DNA of 61,747 nucleotides, filler included, from Choristocarpus tenellus KU-1152 (taxonomy: Eukaryota; Protista; Phaeophyceae), in the NCBI GenBank assembly GCA_964200185.2. It is 11 parts of 11 records of this genome, joined end to end, with 100 filler letters (N's around TTAATTAATTAA, not from the genome) between each part and the next. Parts side by side here need not be neighbours in the genome. Positions count along the whole stretch, not along the records: positions 19,189 to 28,985 come from CAXNAD020003384.1; positions 29,086 to 32,002 come from CAXNAD020023669.1; positions 32,103 to 36,849 come from CAXNAD020013231.1; positions 36,950 to 48,510 come from CAXNAD020002252.1; 7 more parts are not named here. One strand, given 5' to 3'. The translations under genes and the position numbers were made by a program. A model generated the notes under the pieces. It was not told where the DNA came from, made no database searches, and worked only from the letters and a program-made list of their open reading frames with translations. Of this stretch, positions 25,448 through 38,807 are shown one piece after another. The first letter of the stretch is position 1. Every line of letters begins with the position of its first letter.

Positions 25448-26598
25448 TTTTTTTTGTAATCAAGCCCATCCTCAATGAAAAGCTCCATCCTCAATTTTTG
25501 AAATCTGCTGTTATATGTGCAACATACCAATGTGCACAAAAGTACCATGTTCCTCCCCTCCTGCCTCGATGCAATTAATCTAAGCCTTTGTATTTCCAGA
25601 GTTGTGTGTGCTTGTGTATGGCTAGCCCATTGATGGTGTCAGCTTACACTCAATGCGGTAAACGCATATATATATGGGTATATATGTGTATATATACATA
25701 AATATACATACATATGTCGCAACGATAACCAACCCACCACCGAATGCCTCCCATCCAATCACAATACGCAGGTCTTTGTGGCCTCCTCCATAGTTGTACA
25801 TATACTAGGGAAGGCTTTTACAGTCAAAGAAAAATCAACACGTAACAGTAACAGATTGATTGATACTGTGAGGGATGAGTCTCAAAAATTGCAAATTTGA
25901 AAACTTTTTCCTCCAAAAACGAACATCGAACTTAATATTTCGATAAAAGCATCTTTATTCTGTAAATTATCGTTGTCTTCACCATCTTTAATTTTGTTGA
26001 ACTTACTACATACAGTATTGGTATTATATTACCTAAAACACCAGTATTCATCAATAATAAAATTGTTGTCTGGAATATAAAAAAATATTGCTTAGTTTAC
26101 ATGAAAAGGAGGAAAACAGGACTGTACCGATTATTATGGCTATCAAAAAGCCTTGCTGATCGATGTCCACATTTTTTAAGCACAGAATCGATATAGAACA
26201 GGTACTATATATGATATGCTGAATTGTGCACACGTTTATTTAAACTGGGGACATCGAAGGAAGTTCCTGTGTAGAACAAAAAAAACACTAACAAAACCAT
26301 CACCCTCAATCCGTAAGATTTGTGTTCAACTATAAGCTCATACAGCAGCAACATGGACAACACAATAGAACATGACGCAACTGAACACACGTGGAAACAT
26401 AACTTAGTTGAGTGATAGGCACACAGGACATAGCGAACATAGCAAACCTTGCGAGCATTGCGAACAAACAGGGAAAAACGAGAATGAATTAGAAATCACC
26501 ACTTTCTCCTTACCAAAAGTACATTTGATCGCTCTAGAGTATTGATAGCAATTCAAATGTATCTGCCAAACCTCGATCCTCCAGTCTCTCAGGCACAC

Positions 26599-28251
26599 CT
26601 GACGTAGGGGTACTGACACTGCAAGCTCGTGGAGGACAGCAGAGAACAAGAAGCACAGCCCCATTGCGACGTTTTTGTTAATGCCAAGCCTCAAAACTGG
26701 GAAATATATATGGTTCATCTGTGCATAACAAACGGGTCAAGAAAAAGGTTGGACAGAAACAGCATTATCAAATTCAGGTTAGCCCGGTATATGCTTACAT
26801 TGTCGAACTGGACCACGATGATGTAGAGCTGACTCTATTTTGTACTTTACTATGAAGTACAAGTAGGCTTGCGACCTGGAATCATACAGAGCCAAAACTA
26901 AACGAGAGGTCTAATTTTTCCTATCACAGCACGAATGTACGATTTTCTGTCCGAAGTTTGAAAGGCAAGAGTGGGTGCTCACAATCCAGTTATGTACTGG
27001 AAGGTTCCACAAACGCCAATAGGTGTCGATGGATTGGCAGTTCCACCAATCCCTGTAGAAGAGACGATCGCCAAACTTCAGCACCTGCTCTCGCCCAATA
27101 ACGTATGTGTTGCACAGAGGAAGAAAAACAGTTAAGGAGGCAAAACGTGCATTGTAGTTGTAAGTTCGGGTGGGTAGATGCATTGCAGGGTAGTGCTTGG
27201 AAGAGAGGGAGAGCACGCCCAATTATCGGTACAACTGTGAATCAAAGCAGAAGAGCAGTGTCTCCAGAAGTATTCAGCAGAAGAGATGGTCAAGTGTGTA
27301 TGTGTGTGTCTGCTTGTTTGCCTGTCTGTAGGTTTGCTGTAGAGGACAATAATGGAAAGTGAGTCGGGTTGAGGTATGGGGGGACCATTCCATAATTGTG
27401 CAGGGAGTTGACCATCCCTTGACTCTATCCACCGCACTCATCCCCAGTGTGTGACATGTACATCCTTACCCACCTTTTGCATTCTAAGTTATTTTTTTCA
27501 TTTTTGTTGCAATTCAACCATACTAGTGCTGAGCTTGACTTGAGAGTGCTGATTTCTCCATTGTTTGAGACATTTCAACACAATTCGGAAAATATCATAT
27601 TCCCACTTGTAAGAAGAGTCGAATTTTGTACATATTTGGCAGCACCCTTTAAATCGAACTCTGGGTATCTCTCCCTTGCTTTGACTCTTACCTAAGGGAA
27701 TCCACACTCTGTGGGTTAATGCGGCACTACTACATTTGTAGAAGTGCATCTTCCCTTTCATATTTTCCACCTTGCACGATCACATCACACCTCACTCCTC
27801 CCCGAACACTTTTTAGTAACAACATCCAGACACCCTCCAACATATCTGGTGCATATGCACAATCCTCAGATGTAAATCATACCTCCAGACATACAGTCAG
27901 GATGCACAACATGTGGAGTAGTTCCTACTTCATATCTCATACATAAAACGTATATTGATCCGTATATAGTGGATTTTAATAGTTGTATGTTCAAGTTTGG
28001 TCTTCAGCTCTGCTCATCAAATTTCCAGACACGAATGAAACCTCTCCCTCTCCTGTTGTCCTCCCTTCACCTCCACAAGGAGCAGCACACACCTCAGCTA
28101 ATAGGTTCAGAAATATGTGGAAGTAGATGTAGAAGCCCATCAACCAGGTAGTAGTGCTAGCCAAGGATAGAGCCGCCAGGTGTTGCAGTGAAACAAGCCA
28201 TGTGTTGGATGAGGGAAATACCAGAGACTGGTACAGGGCTGGGACTAATAT
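26599..28251 (-). CDS. MBOAT O-acyltransferase, DGAT1/ACAT (SOAT) family. Three internal exons: 28251-28093, 27084-26983, 26718-26599
   Basis: Phase-0 GT-AG exons join as ...TWLMGFYIYFHIFLNLLAE|VLKFGDRLFYRDWWNCQSIDTYWRLWNLPVHNWI|MNHIYFPVLRLG...FLFSAVLHELAVSVP. This contains the FYxDWWN motif, WNxPVH, and SAxxHE with the catalytic His. Terminal exons not resolved. Confidence 0.93.
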
Positions 28252-28699
28252 CTACATATCTCACCACCCCACAACAGTGTGGCATTGAACGATTTTAGCA
28301 CACCAGCGTGATACATATGGGAAAAAGGGGAACAGATTAAAGGGATGGGGTGAGATGTTGGAGGGGGGAACTGTGGGGCAATTGGAGGAAAGGTGGACTT
28401 GACTGTTCACAATGTAGACCGTCTGTTTTAGCACAACACCTAACTTCTTACTACTTCTCATTCTAGTCCTTATGTCAACAAATGGAGTATGGCTACACTT
28501 GGGCTTGGGGGTAAGTGAGGTTGGGGGTGGGAAATAGTCGTGGAGTCTTATGTACATGACACGTTGTATTTTACTATTGAAATGAAAAGACACGCCACTA
28601 CCAATGCACCAATCAGTAATCGATTAGTAAGGAGAAATTAGCTTTTTCGTGCAACAACCACTTCTGGTGCCGAGTGAGGACATCAGGGAAAATATGAAA

Positions 28700-28959
28700 G
28701 AGTGAAAGTATCTTAGAGGGTACGAGTTTTTCCCTGTTTGTCCATTTGGGGCTTGGCTTCCCTCGGGGTTTTTTTTTAACATTTTCCTACTCCATAATAT
28801 TTCAGAGTAGGTAAAATGTATACGTTATGAAAAGGTGTGTCCGCAACAAGGATATTGACATCTCCAAACAAACACGATAGCCAAAATTACATCAAAATCA
28901 CAACATTGGATTTTGGCCCCCAAGTGGACGAGGCTCTACCCTCTAAGATACTTTGACTA
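28700..28959. mobile_element. MITE family A, full copy (260 bp)
   Basis: Both TIRs present; flanked by AAA/AAA. Confidence 0.92.
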
Positions 28960-30236
28960 AAAATGTGGGGATGGTGTGACAGGAGNNNNNNNNNNNNNNN
29001 NNNNNNNNNNNNNNNNNNNNNNNNNNNNNTTAATTAATTAANNNNNNNNNNNNNNNNNNNNNNNNNNNNNNNNNNNNNNNNNNNNGGTGAGGGGGTTTGT
29101 ACTGCACTTGGAAGGCATAGTGTGATTCGGTGTGTTAAAAGAAATTGGGTGTTCCCAAGACTTGCGTATGTAAATAGCTCGATTAATTCATCATTATGTA
29201 GAACAGGTTGTACATGAAGCAAGGAAAGTGTAAGGAAGGAGGGTGAGCTTCAAAGCTCAAAGGGGGTCATCACCTTAGCGATTCACATATTCTAATAACA
29301 CGTCACTCAGTCCATTGTACTCAGATAACCCCCGGAAAATATTTTCTTTGTCGCCGAACAAAGATATGCTATCGGCTATACTATAATAACCCATGGACAA
29401 TATTTTCATTATCCAACAATACTTCAACAACTCAATGTTTCTCCCACAGAATCATATTTTTACGCATGAATAAAAAGCATATTCTTAGCACGGTGCTTTT
29501 TACTGTTTTTTTTTGTTTTTTCTTTTCTTTTCTTTTCTTTTCTTGGAGGGGGTTGTGAGCGAACGACTCCGCTACAGATGATGTTTGTATTATTATTTTA
29601 TTTTATTTTATTTTAGAATGATAAAATGCGCGGTGTTTTGAATTGTTTTTTTTTAAATAAAAAAATGCTGTGAACACGGATGGCTCTTTTTTTTGTTTAC
29701 ATGGAGAGGTGTGTGTGTGTGTATGTATGTGTATGTGTATGCATATATGTATTACATGTTTATGTTTATGTTTGTGTACTTGGCCTAATGTTTTGAGGTC
29801 TGCGCTGCTGTTTCAGTGTGTGTGCGTGTGCGTGTGTGCAGATTTTCAGGCAGGCGTTTTCCTTGCTCGAACGTCAATGGGTGGAGATTCTCTTTGTCAT
29901 ACTTTTTATTTTTTTCCCAGTCGGGCGAAACAGAGACTACTTTTCAAACTGCTTCAGGTTGTACTTGACTGGTGTGAACTAGCACGGAATTCAGTGTACA
30001 CATTGATAGGGAGCGCCGTGTATATCCTTTTTTGGTCTCACTTACAAACACTTCGGCGACTGCAAATCGTAAACTCTAACCCTAACCCTATACCGTACTA
30101 CCAGTCCAAAGAACCATTCAGTACACCTTGTGTTGCTGCTGCTGTTCCTTTTTTTTTGTCACCATAACCCTAACCATAACCATAACCATAACCCCCTACT
30201 CTTTGTGTGCGCGTTTGGCCTCTTTTTTTCCCACAG

Positions 30237-31448
30237 TAGGCTGGGAACGGTTACCGCGTTGGTTCACACCTGCCTGTCTGTACTACGAGTGGCATCTCAC
30301 ATGCTCAACAGGCAGCAGAAGTGGCTCAATGCCAAGAAAAAGCTTCCCGAGCTCACCCTGCTCAGGCGCGTGCTCCGGTTGGGCCCCCGTCCCAGCGATC
30401 CGATGGATAGAGCCGGTGAGATATTATAATCTCGTCGCATAGTGAGAAGAAGAAAAAAAAATATATATATATATAGTGTGTGCCGTGTATTTCTCGACCG
30501 ATGCTGCGATGGCGTTTGCCTGCATTGAACTTATTACGGCTGGCTACATCTTGTCATCACTATGGCACTTGTTGTTGTTGTTGTTGTTGTGTGTGTGTGT
30601 GTATGTGTGTTTGTGTGTGTGTGTGTGTTTGTGTGTTGTGTTGTGTTGTGTTTGAAAAGAGTCCATGTCGATTCGAAAGCATACATCCAATACATCATCT
30701 GCTGCAGCTGCAGCCGCTGTGGCATCAGGGGCGGCCGCGGCTCTTGCTGCGGGGGGTGGGGGGGGGGCAGGAAGAAAGGGAGGAAAGGGGAGCAAGGGAG
30801 GGGGGAACTCCAAACACATGAGGCAAAAACGGAGCGGTAGCCCCCATCACAAGGAGAAGCAGCAATTGAGTCAGAGGAAGCTCGACATAGCGGCCTCTGT
30901 AGTTACTCCGTTTGACGACAGTGATTCCGATGATGAGAGCGCAGATGACATTTGGATCTTTGGGACGGGTATGGACAAGCCGACTGGGTCGTCGGGGGGG
31001 TATGGAGAGATGGGTGGACAAAGGAGGGAGGTGAGCGTGTTTTTTGGGGGGGGTTGAGGGAGGCGCGTTCTTTGTGTTCTTTGTTTATGTATGGAACCCC
31101 TCTCTGATATATCTCTTGGTGGTTGTGCTTTTATGTTACAGTTTTTGTTTTGTTTTTTTGTTCTGAATTTTTGTATTGCTTGGAAGGCATTTGTGTGTGT
31201 GTGTGTGTGTGTGTTGCTTCTCCTATTCGGTTTTTTTATTTAGTTTCATTGAAAGGGGACGAGATGTACCTCATTATTTTGAAGGCGTTTATGGTTTCCT
31301 TGTTGATGTGAAAGAACCTACCTTTCCTGTTCACACGCGGGAAGGGAAGCCTTCCCCCATCATAAACACATCCTATTCTTCTTATTATTATTTTTATTCG
31401 TATTTTACATTTCATTTTTATTTTATTTTTTTATAAGTGCTGTTTTCT

Positions 31449-31485
<37 letters not shown>

Positions 31486-31686
31486 ACCCTTTTGACAGGT
31501 GGAGAGTGTGGATGTCCTCACCCGATATGCAGTTATGCTCCGAAATAGCAAGTTCAACCTGCTCTACTTGCTCATGTCTACCCTGGGGTTGATCTTCGGC
31601 CTGTCTCAACCCTCTCACCCCAGTAGCAGTGCCTGCTATGCCTTCTGCCTGCTGGATGTGTCTGTGCGGTATAAGGCCATGCACAG
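30237..31686 (+). CDS. IP3-receptor/ryanodine-receptor-like Ca2+ release channel, membrane-domain fragment. Exons ~30237-30415, 30660-31030, 31499-31686
   Basis: Splice phases are compatible (1/1, 0/0). LGTVTALVHTCLSVLRVASHMLN resembles the RyR LAILHTxISF helix. NLLYLLMSTLGL...CYAFCLLDVSVRYKAMH resembles RyR/IP3R FLY..Y..MS.LG...FF..HLLDI....TL. The pore exon is not in this contig. Confidence 0.68.
30569..30652. repeat. Intronic microsatellites (TTG)n/(TG)n; also (CCATAA)n at 30161-30192 and (AT)n at 31453-31480
   Basis: Read directly. Confidence 0.9.
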
Positions 31687-33299
31687 GTATATATATATAT
31701 TTTTTATCTTTTATATTTTAACTATCTTTTAACTCACAATTATTTGTATTATTATTGTTATCTGTTATCTGTTATCAAAGAAAAAAAAAAAGTGTCCGTA
31801 TAATTATTCTCGCCTCCGTAAATTTGGGGTACTTTTTTTTTTTTTTTTTTGTTTTTTTTTTTTTTTTTTTTTATTTTTTTTTTTTTTTTTAATTTTTTTT
31901 TCAGGGTTGGTGTCGTTTTAATAATTGTTTTTGGGGGGGGGGAAGGGGCGTGTGGAAAATTGATCTTGGCAGGAAAGTTTTGATGACTCAAAGTATCTGG
32001 GGNNNNNNNNNNNNNNNNNNNNNNNNNNNNNNNNNNNNNNNNNNNNTTAATTAATTAANNNNNNNNNNNNNNNNNNNNNNNNNNNNNNNNNNNNNNNNNN
32101 NNCCAGGCCACCCCAAAGCCGCGACATAAAAAAATTGACCCCAAATGGACAGCCGCCACCCCCCCCCAGATATTTTAAGCCTCAAGGGTTCATGCTCTTT
32201 GTTCGATTCCCAGAAAGAGTATGGCACGCTGCTACATCTGTCCCTGTTTAAGTAAAGAGGTCTCACCTTGCACTTCTTTTTGTACCTCTTGTTAGTAGTC
32301 TGTGCTGTATTGCCGTTCTCATCTACATCACTGTGCAGAGGGTTAGAGTTGGTTTCCCCGGCAATGCACCTGGCTGTGATGAAGACATCCGTCATCAGTT
32401 CGTTGACCCTCTATGTTCAGAGCACGGAGGGGGTCGGAAAATATGTAAAATAGAGAGATTAAATGTGCGTTGAGGCGTGAATTATTAGATATATCTGTTT
32501 GTTTTGTGTCGTTTGAACACATGGAAGAATACGGAATCTGTTCGTATCATCGCCCCAATATTCACCTTGATCTCGTTGTGTGACATTTTTTCCACCTCAC
32601 CCTCCACAATGGGTGTATATGTATTAGTGTGAACTCATTCCAGAATTACGGTGACGAACTGCGAGCCCATTTTGTAAGAGTACTTTCAGATGGGATACTC
32701 TTTCCAGTTGCACCTTTTGTATGTCCCATTTATGTAAGAGGTCGGAAATCTTCTCTCCATACCCGTGCTCTCTGTACCAATGGGTTCGAGGTGTGAGGCT
32801 TCTTGCACCTGGATGGGGAGGTGTCGAGTTTCTTAGACAAATGTGTGAACATTCAGGATGAAATTAATGGACGAAGGAGGACTAAAGAAGAACAAGAGCA
32901 CAAGAAATTTGGGTATCTGGAAAGTAGAGAGAGGAGATTATTTCAGGGGGGTTGTCAACTAACAGCAGGGAGTCCATAATGTTGGACAGACTATCGACAG
33001 CAGTCTTGACCCCTTAAGAGTGTAAGTTCTATGTTGCATGTTATGTTTTTCAAATTTTTGGAATATCGAATCAATTTCATATGTGAGAGAAATAAAGAAC
33101 ATAGAAAATTTACCTCAGGACTCCAAAACAACTATCGCTGTGTCATCTCCGCCTGACTCCTGTAATGGTCCACCACTCGGACCTGGTTGCAGTTCTTCAA
33201 ATATTAGACCTCCCAAATTCAGAGTGGTTGTCCTTTTAACCACAACCCCATCTCTGTCATGGTAGGCAACGGATCGGTGTAAGGTGTCCAAATATAGTC

Positions 33300-35600
33300 C
33301 CTCCTATGGACTATTTGCTCTCAATTGAGAAGCAGGATCTGAGGAGAAATGAAAGGGTGGTTGGGGAACGTCTCATCATCAAGCAAGGTTCAGCGCTAGG
33401 AGCTGATTTATGCTTGTGTCTATCCACTCTAGTGTACCCCTTCATTCCCCAAAGTGGTAATAGATGGGGATGGGTAGGAACACCATAAACAGTCAAAGTA
33501 TCTTGTAAGGTAAAGCCGAGTCCGTTTGGGGGCCAATATCCAATGTTGCGATTTTGATGTAATTTTGGCTATCATTTTTGTTAGGAAGTGTCAATATCCT
33601 TGTTCCAGACATACTTTTTCATAATTTATACATTTTACCTACCCTGAAACATTTCGGAGTAGGAAAATGAGCCAAAGTATCTTATCTTAGAGGGTAGGGC
33701 CGTGTACATTAGGGGCCAAAATCCAACATTGTGATTTTGATGTAATTTCGGCTATTGTGTTTGTCAGGAAGAGTCAATATCCTTGTTCCGGACACACCTT
33801 TTCATAACGTATTCATTTTACCTACTCCGACATATTTTGGGGTAGGAAAATGTCATTAAAAAAAACATAGGAAACCAAGCCCAAAATGGACAAACAGGTC
33901 AAAACTCGTACCCTCTAAGATACTTCTACTCAAAACAATTCATATGGGGACTTCCAGTGGGGATTAGAAGATGTGGAAAATAAGTTCGTATGGGTATTAG
34001 CCATATTGTGTGGCTCCGCTCACAATCCTATTCAATCCCCCAAACCAGCTGCATGCATCATGGCCAAGCCTTTCTCTGCAATCTGTCCAATGGCCAGTTC
34101 CACTTTCCTATTGAGTTGAGTTCCAGGCACGATATGTACTTGTGCCTTATCTTGTGCACCCTAAAAGTCATAATTCTTGAACTTCATCCCCTCATCAGTC
34201 CCCACACACCTAATGCGTATATTTTCCACATCTGCCACATCACAGATGAATTGCCCAGAATACCTTGGCAGGCTCATACTTTAGATTTCAAAAATCTTAT
34301 CCATCCCATCCCTGTATTATCACAGATCTAACATCTCAAACAAAAACACTCCTGGGCAGCTCACCCTAGGCTTTGGACCACTCAGATAAATGAAGACCCT
34401 GCCTAGACATGTCTCCAATCTGCTCGATGTCACCTTTGGGACTGGTTTCCGACTGACCTTGCCAACCGCACATCCCTCACAATACTTCTTCTACTCGCCT
34501 GTAAAAAATAATGCTATGTTCCTTCGCAATGTTCCGCTTGGTGGTGCATTTGGTGGATGTCAATATGTTTAATGGGTCTCACTCCCCAACTCAGTCCCCA
34601 TGGGTCAGTGACATGTGCTGCAGCCCCAACGAGGGCCAGCTCATCAGTTGCCATAACATCCTCCTCTGAAGTTGCGTTTACTCTAGTTGACTGCTCAATA
34701 TCGACACCAACTCTGGCCATCTTTGAGGTAGGCCTCTCCTCCTCAACAGTTCCCCCTGGGTTGATGACATCTTCTGCATCTCCTCCAAGGGCGTACTCTC
34801 CAGTGGTTAAAACATCCTCCTCTGACATTGTATTTGCTCTAGTCGACCTCCCAAAATCGACATCAATGGGACAAGAAGATTGAAAGTGTGGTCCTCCACA
34901 CAGCCAGCACTCCACACGTCCTGATTGTTGATCCTTTTGATACCCTGTGGTTCCACCTCTCGCGGTGATTCCACCTATCGTCAGTGTCCCACAATTGCTC
35001 TCCATATGTTGTTCCTGTTGACGTTCATGCATACGGTATGTCTCATAGGCTTGCCTTTCTTTGAAGATTGATTCTGGCGTACACCCTATCTGAGTAACTT
35101 GTCGAATCTCGAGGAAAAACTCCTCGGAAAGGTAACTGTGCATTCTGCTTAGCTGGGCCTCCTCACTAGGTTCATCATCAGTCGACTTCATCTTCTTCAC
35201 TAGCTTGTCTAGCTGCATAATAATAATAGTGGGATCTTCCCCCATAGGTAGATGATAATTTAACTTTGGACCGCATGATTACCCTTTCCGTACTACTATT
35301 CCGAGCGAAGTCATTCCTAAGAGCCTTAAATGCTTCTGAGGCACTGCCATAATTGTTAGCTATTCGTTGTGCAAGTCTGCCTAAACCCGTCACCAAAGTT
35401 TCCATAGTCATGCTGGCCTTTTGGACTTCTCTCTCTGTCCATCTTGCCTGATTGAACTTCTCACACGACAGCTCACTCTTGTGTGGTCTTTGGTGAGAAA
35501 AACGTCCTTCCACCCACCCTTGGAAACACATGTAATGAAGTCCCTCTTGTAACTTGGATAACCTTCCCCATCATCATCCCTGTTGTACACGAATTTCTAA
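33300..35600 (-). mobile_element. Degenerate Ty1/copia retrotransposon (gag with CCHC knuckle, GAG-pre-integrase, integrase), interrupted by MITEs
   Basis: Gag-like GEDPTIIIMQLDKL; knuckle CWLCGGPHFQSSC; CEGCAVGK..RKPVPK; ..SPYELF[MITE]YGVP..LPLWGMKGY..KSAPSAEPC. Many stops and frameshifts. Confidence 0.8.
33490..33931. mobile_element. Composite MITE family A: truncated copy 33490-33668 followed by full copy 33669-33931
   Basis: Two left TIRs and one right TIR. Removing the composite plus one AAA duplication restores the copia frame YELFYGVP. Confidence 0.88.
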
Positions 35601-38600
35601 GGGAGCAGATGAGTGCAGACCCTCTCCTGCAGTACTTGCATAGTGTAGGGTTCTACTAACCACCTCCTCGTCTTCATCCTCAAAGTCAGACTCGAATTCC
35701 TCCCCATCTTTAATTACTGTTGCTGCTGTCATCTCTCAATACTCCACTCTTCTCGCAGCACGTCTGGTGTTACTGATGGCCGCCTCCAGCGGGGCTACTC
35801 CTCCAATCAATTCATCCTAGTCTTCAAGACCTAGCCAAACTTCGATAAGTAAATGCTAACTAGCATGTTAAAGAAGCTGATGCTCCCAAGACTTGTGTAA
35901 TGCAAAGGACTTGATCAATTTGTTGGGTTGGACAGGTTGTAGATGTAAATTAAGGAAGGAGAAAGGAGGAGCGAGCATTCAATCACAAGGGTGGAGGGGG
36001 TACTTGTCACAAAATCAATTCTATTCTGTTTATCATTAATTACTAATCGCATGTCTACTTGCTACAATGTTTCCTCATCCTGAACTCTTCCATATCCTAG
36101 TTCATACATACACCGAGATCTACCCATACCTATCTTCTATTCTTCAGAATACAAAAATAGTCTCTTCCATCATCGGGTTATTTCTCGGAGAATCTACTTT
36201 TACACAAGATTAAAAGGGATACTGTTGGAGTTGAGTAAACATTAGACAAGGTATTATACTCTTTTTGTGGGTGAATGTGCTTTTCACTACGTGATTTTGT
36301 GGGAGGGTGTTAGATATATGTGTTGTCATTCCCTTATTTAATGTGGGAAGTTCTGATTGATCATTGTAGTTGAATTCTGACTGTGACAATTGTGTGCTCA
36401 TATATTTTTCAAAGGTTTTGAGTTTGAGTGGGAACAATATGAAGGGTTTCATTCGGTATGCAGATAAAGTGTGAATGAGACGTTAATTTGAACATCTAGT
36501 TTTTACAATGAGTTGGTTGGACAAAGTTTGAATTGGAGAAGGTCATACAGTACCTACCCCGATTTTATGCCAACTATTATGTACCAATCGAAAAAATATG
36601 CAATTTTGTACCGCTTTTTTCGACATGCTCAAGAAATAGGCTTTTCTACCGGAATTCTCGTATTCGGGCGATTTGGCACAAACTTCCAGAGATATTCACG
36701 CGAGTTTGGCGCGCGCGTAAAAATATCTCGCGAAAAGTGCCCTTCTTCCAGAGTCATGACCACACAGCAGTACAGTACGTTGCTGGTAGGGGAATATAGT
36801 GGAAGCCATGCCTTGTGCAGCAGGAATCCTCTGCAAGATGCCTTTAATTNNNNNNNNNNNNNNNNNNNNNNNNNNNNNNNNNNNNNNNNNNNNTTAATTA
36901 ATTAANNNNNNNNNNNNNNNNNNNNNNNNNNNNNNNNNNNNNNNNNNNNCAAATGGACAGTCGCCACCCCCCCCCCAGATACTTTGACCCAAAACTTCAA
37001 GTGATGATGTGTGTACTAACACCAAGGTCTTCACAAACTTCTCCACCACCCTCTGCCACAATAGCTGAGGGTTCATCACAATCTTCACAAACACACCTGG
37101 CTCAATCAATTGCCGACATCAATATTGAGAACACTCAATATTCTATTTCTTCAAACCCTCAAGGTGATATCCCTGTGATTACATCTATTACTCATAACGT
37201 GGGTTGCCGGCCTCATCCAGTATCATAAATGCACTAGAGGAGTAGAGATGAAAACTTTATGTATTTTTCGAGGCGATCTTGTCAGTGACTTCCTCCCTAG
37301 GTCATAAGCGTTTCCCCCCTTAGATTGTAAGTTGTATCGTTAAACCACATCCAAGCGGATACTTTGCTGGGTCCAAACATATAGGAGGTGGAAAGGGCTT
37401 TGTCCCATTGTGCCAAGCTGGACTGGAAGAGTATCCCCATGCACCTCTTTTCTCATCTACACACTTACCTTTCACTATACCTTCAAAAATAGTGGTCGAT
37501 ATGAACGCTCAGGATGGCCATTTATGCTACTATAGGTTTGAATCATTTTGTCTTAACCTGGAGATTGTTGGAATATCTCTGACCTCTCAATTGTTGGCCC
37601 CCATAAATAGTATATTTCTTTGTTGGAGACCAACACAGTGGGAGGAGATTGTGTTCCGCATAGGCAGGCGCATGATTTCTGCTCCATGAATGATCAAAAG
37701 ATTGGAACTGGAAGACAACTGGACCTCGTCATTCTATATCTCCAGACATTAGAGATGCTAATATCAACATATGAAAAGAAGGTAAACATATTTTCCCTGG
37801 AAAGGGATCATACAGCGTGAAGATTCCTCAAAGTGGAGTGGATAACCCCTTTCCTTACAAGCAGGCTATATAACCTCTCGCTCTCAGGGAGGCAAGGCAA
37901 TAACCCAGGGCAGTGATTCATCCCCAAAAAGGTAGTCACTGATCCATCTCCTCCAAACCCTCCGACTCTGTGCAGTTCCTCTTGGGGAAGCAGTTGAGGG
38001 CTAGCATTACCTCAGCCAAGGGTAGGGGACAATCGTTACTCTCTCTATCACATTAGTTGAGGAATGTGACTTGATCACCACAACGACTCAATCATCTCCG
38101 GGGCATTAAAGATTATAACATAAGGTTTTCCACCAGGGACAACGTTTGGTTCCCAATCTTGTAGAAGACAACCTTTCAAAGAACTCCTCCAAATTGTCCA
38201 CGTGAACATGCTTTGGGTACCCCAATGATTTCTTTCCTTTTTTTTCTGTCACCGGACTATCTACCAGATATGATATGCTGGCCAGTAGTCTCTTTTTTCT
38301 CTTTTGGACAGAGCCCACACTGGGGGTGGGGGGGGTGGGGGGGGTGACACGACGGACAGCTCCCCTTGGCAACTAATGTCAGTCAGATCCATTTTCGCGC
38401 GCACGCACAAAGTGTAATACACAGGTGTATTTCGTCCACACTTTTTTGTCATTGTTGACGTTCACACCAACATCAACCAGGCAAATGTTCTGAAAATCCT
38501 GGGACCACCTCTTATTGACAGTCACAATGGTATGACGTCCAACCATCGGATCCGACATTCAGATCAGATTCATCGAACAGGATTGGTGGCTGCAATGCTC

Positions 38601-38672
38601 TTGGGCATTGCCGAACCAAGCCCCTTCAGCCACTCTGGTGTTTTTCATCACCCCTCAGGACTGATTAGACAA

Positions 38673-38807
38673 GAGTGAAAATATCTTAGAGGGTACAAGT
38701 TTTGCCCTTTTTGTCCGTTTAGGGCTTGGCTTCCTGTTTTTTTTTTCTCCCATTTTCCCACTCCAAATTTTTCGGAGGAGGGAAAATGTATGCGTTATGA
38801 AAAGATG
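38673..38807. mobile_element. MITE family A, partial copy
   Basis: GAGTGAAAATATCTTAGAGGGTACAAGTTTTGCCC plus the internal hairpin region. Confidence 0.85.

Noticed and set aside
29670-30840. Cys/Val-rich and His/Thr-rich ORFs in the ORF track
   Set aside because: They are translations of intronic (TG)n/(TTG)n microsatellites.
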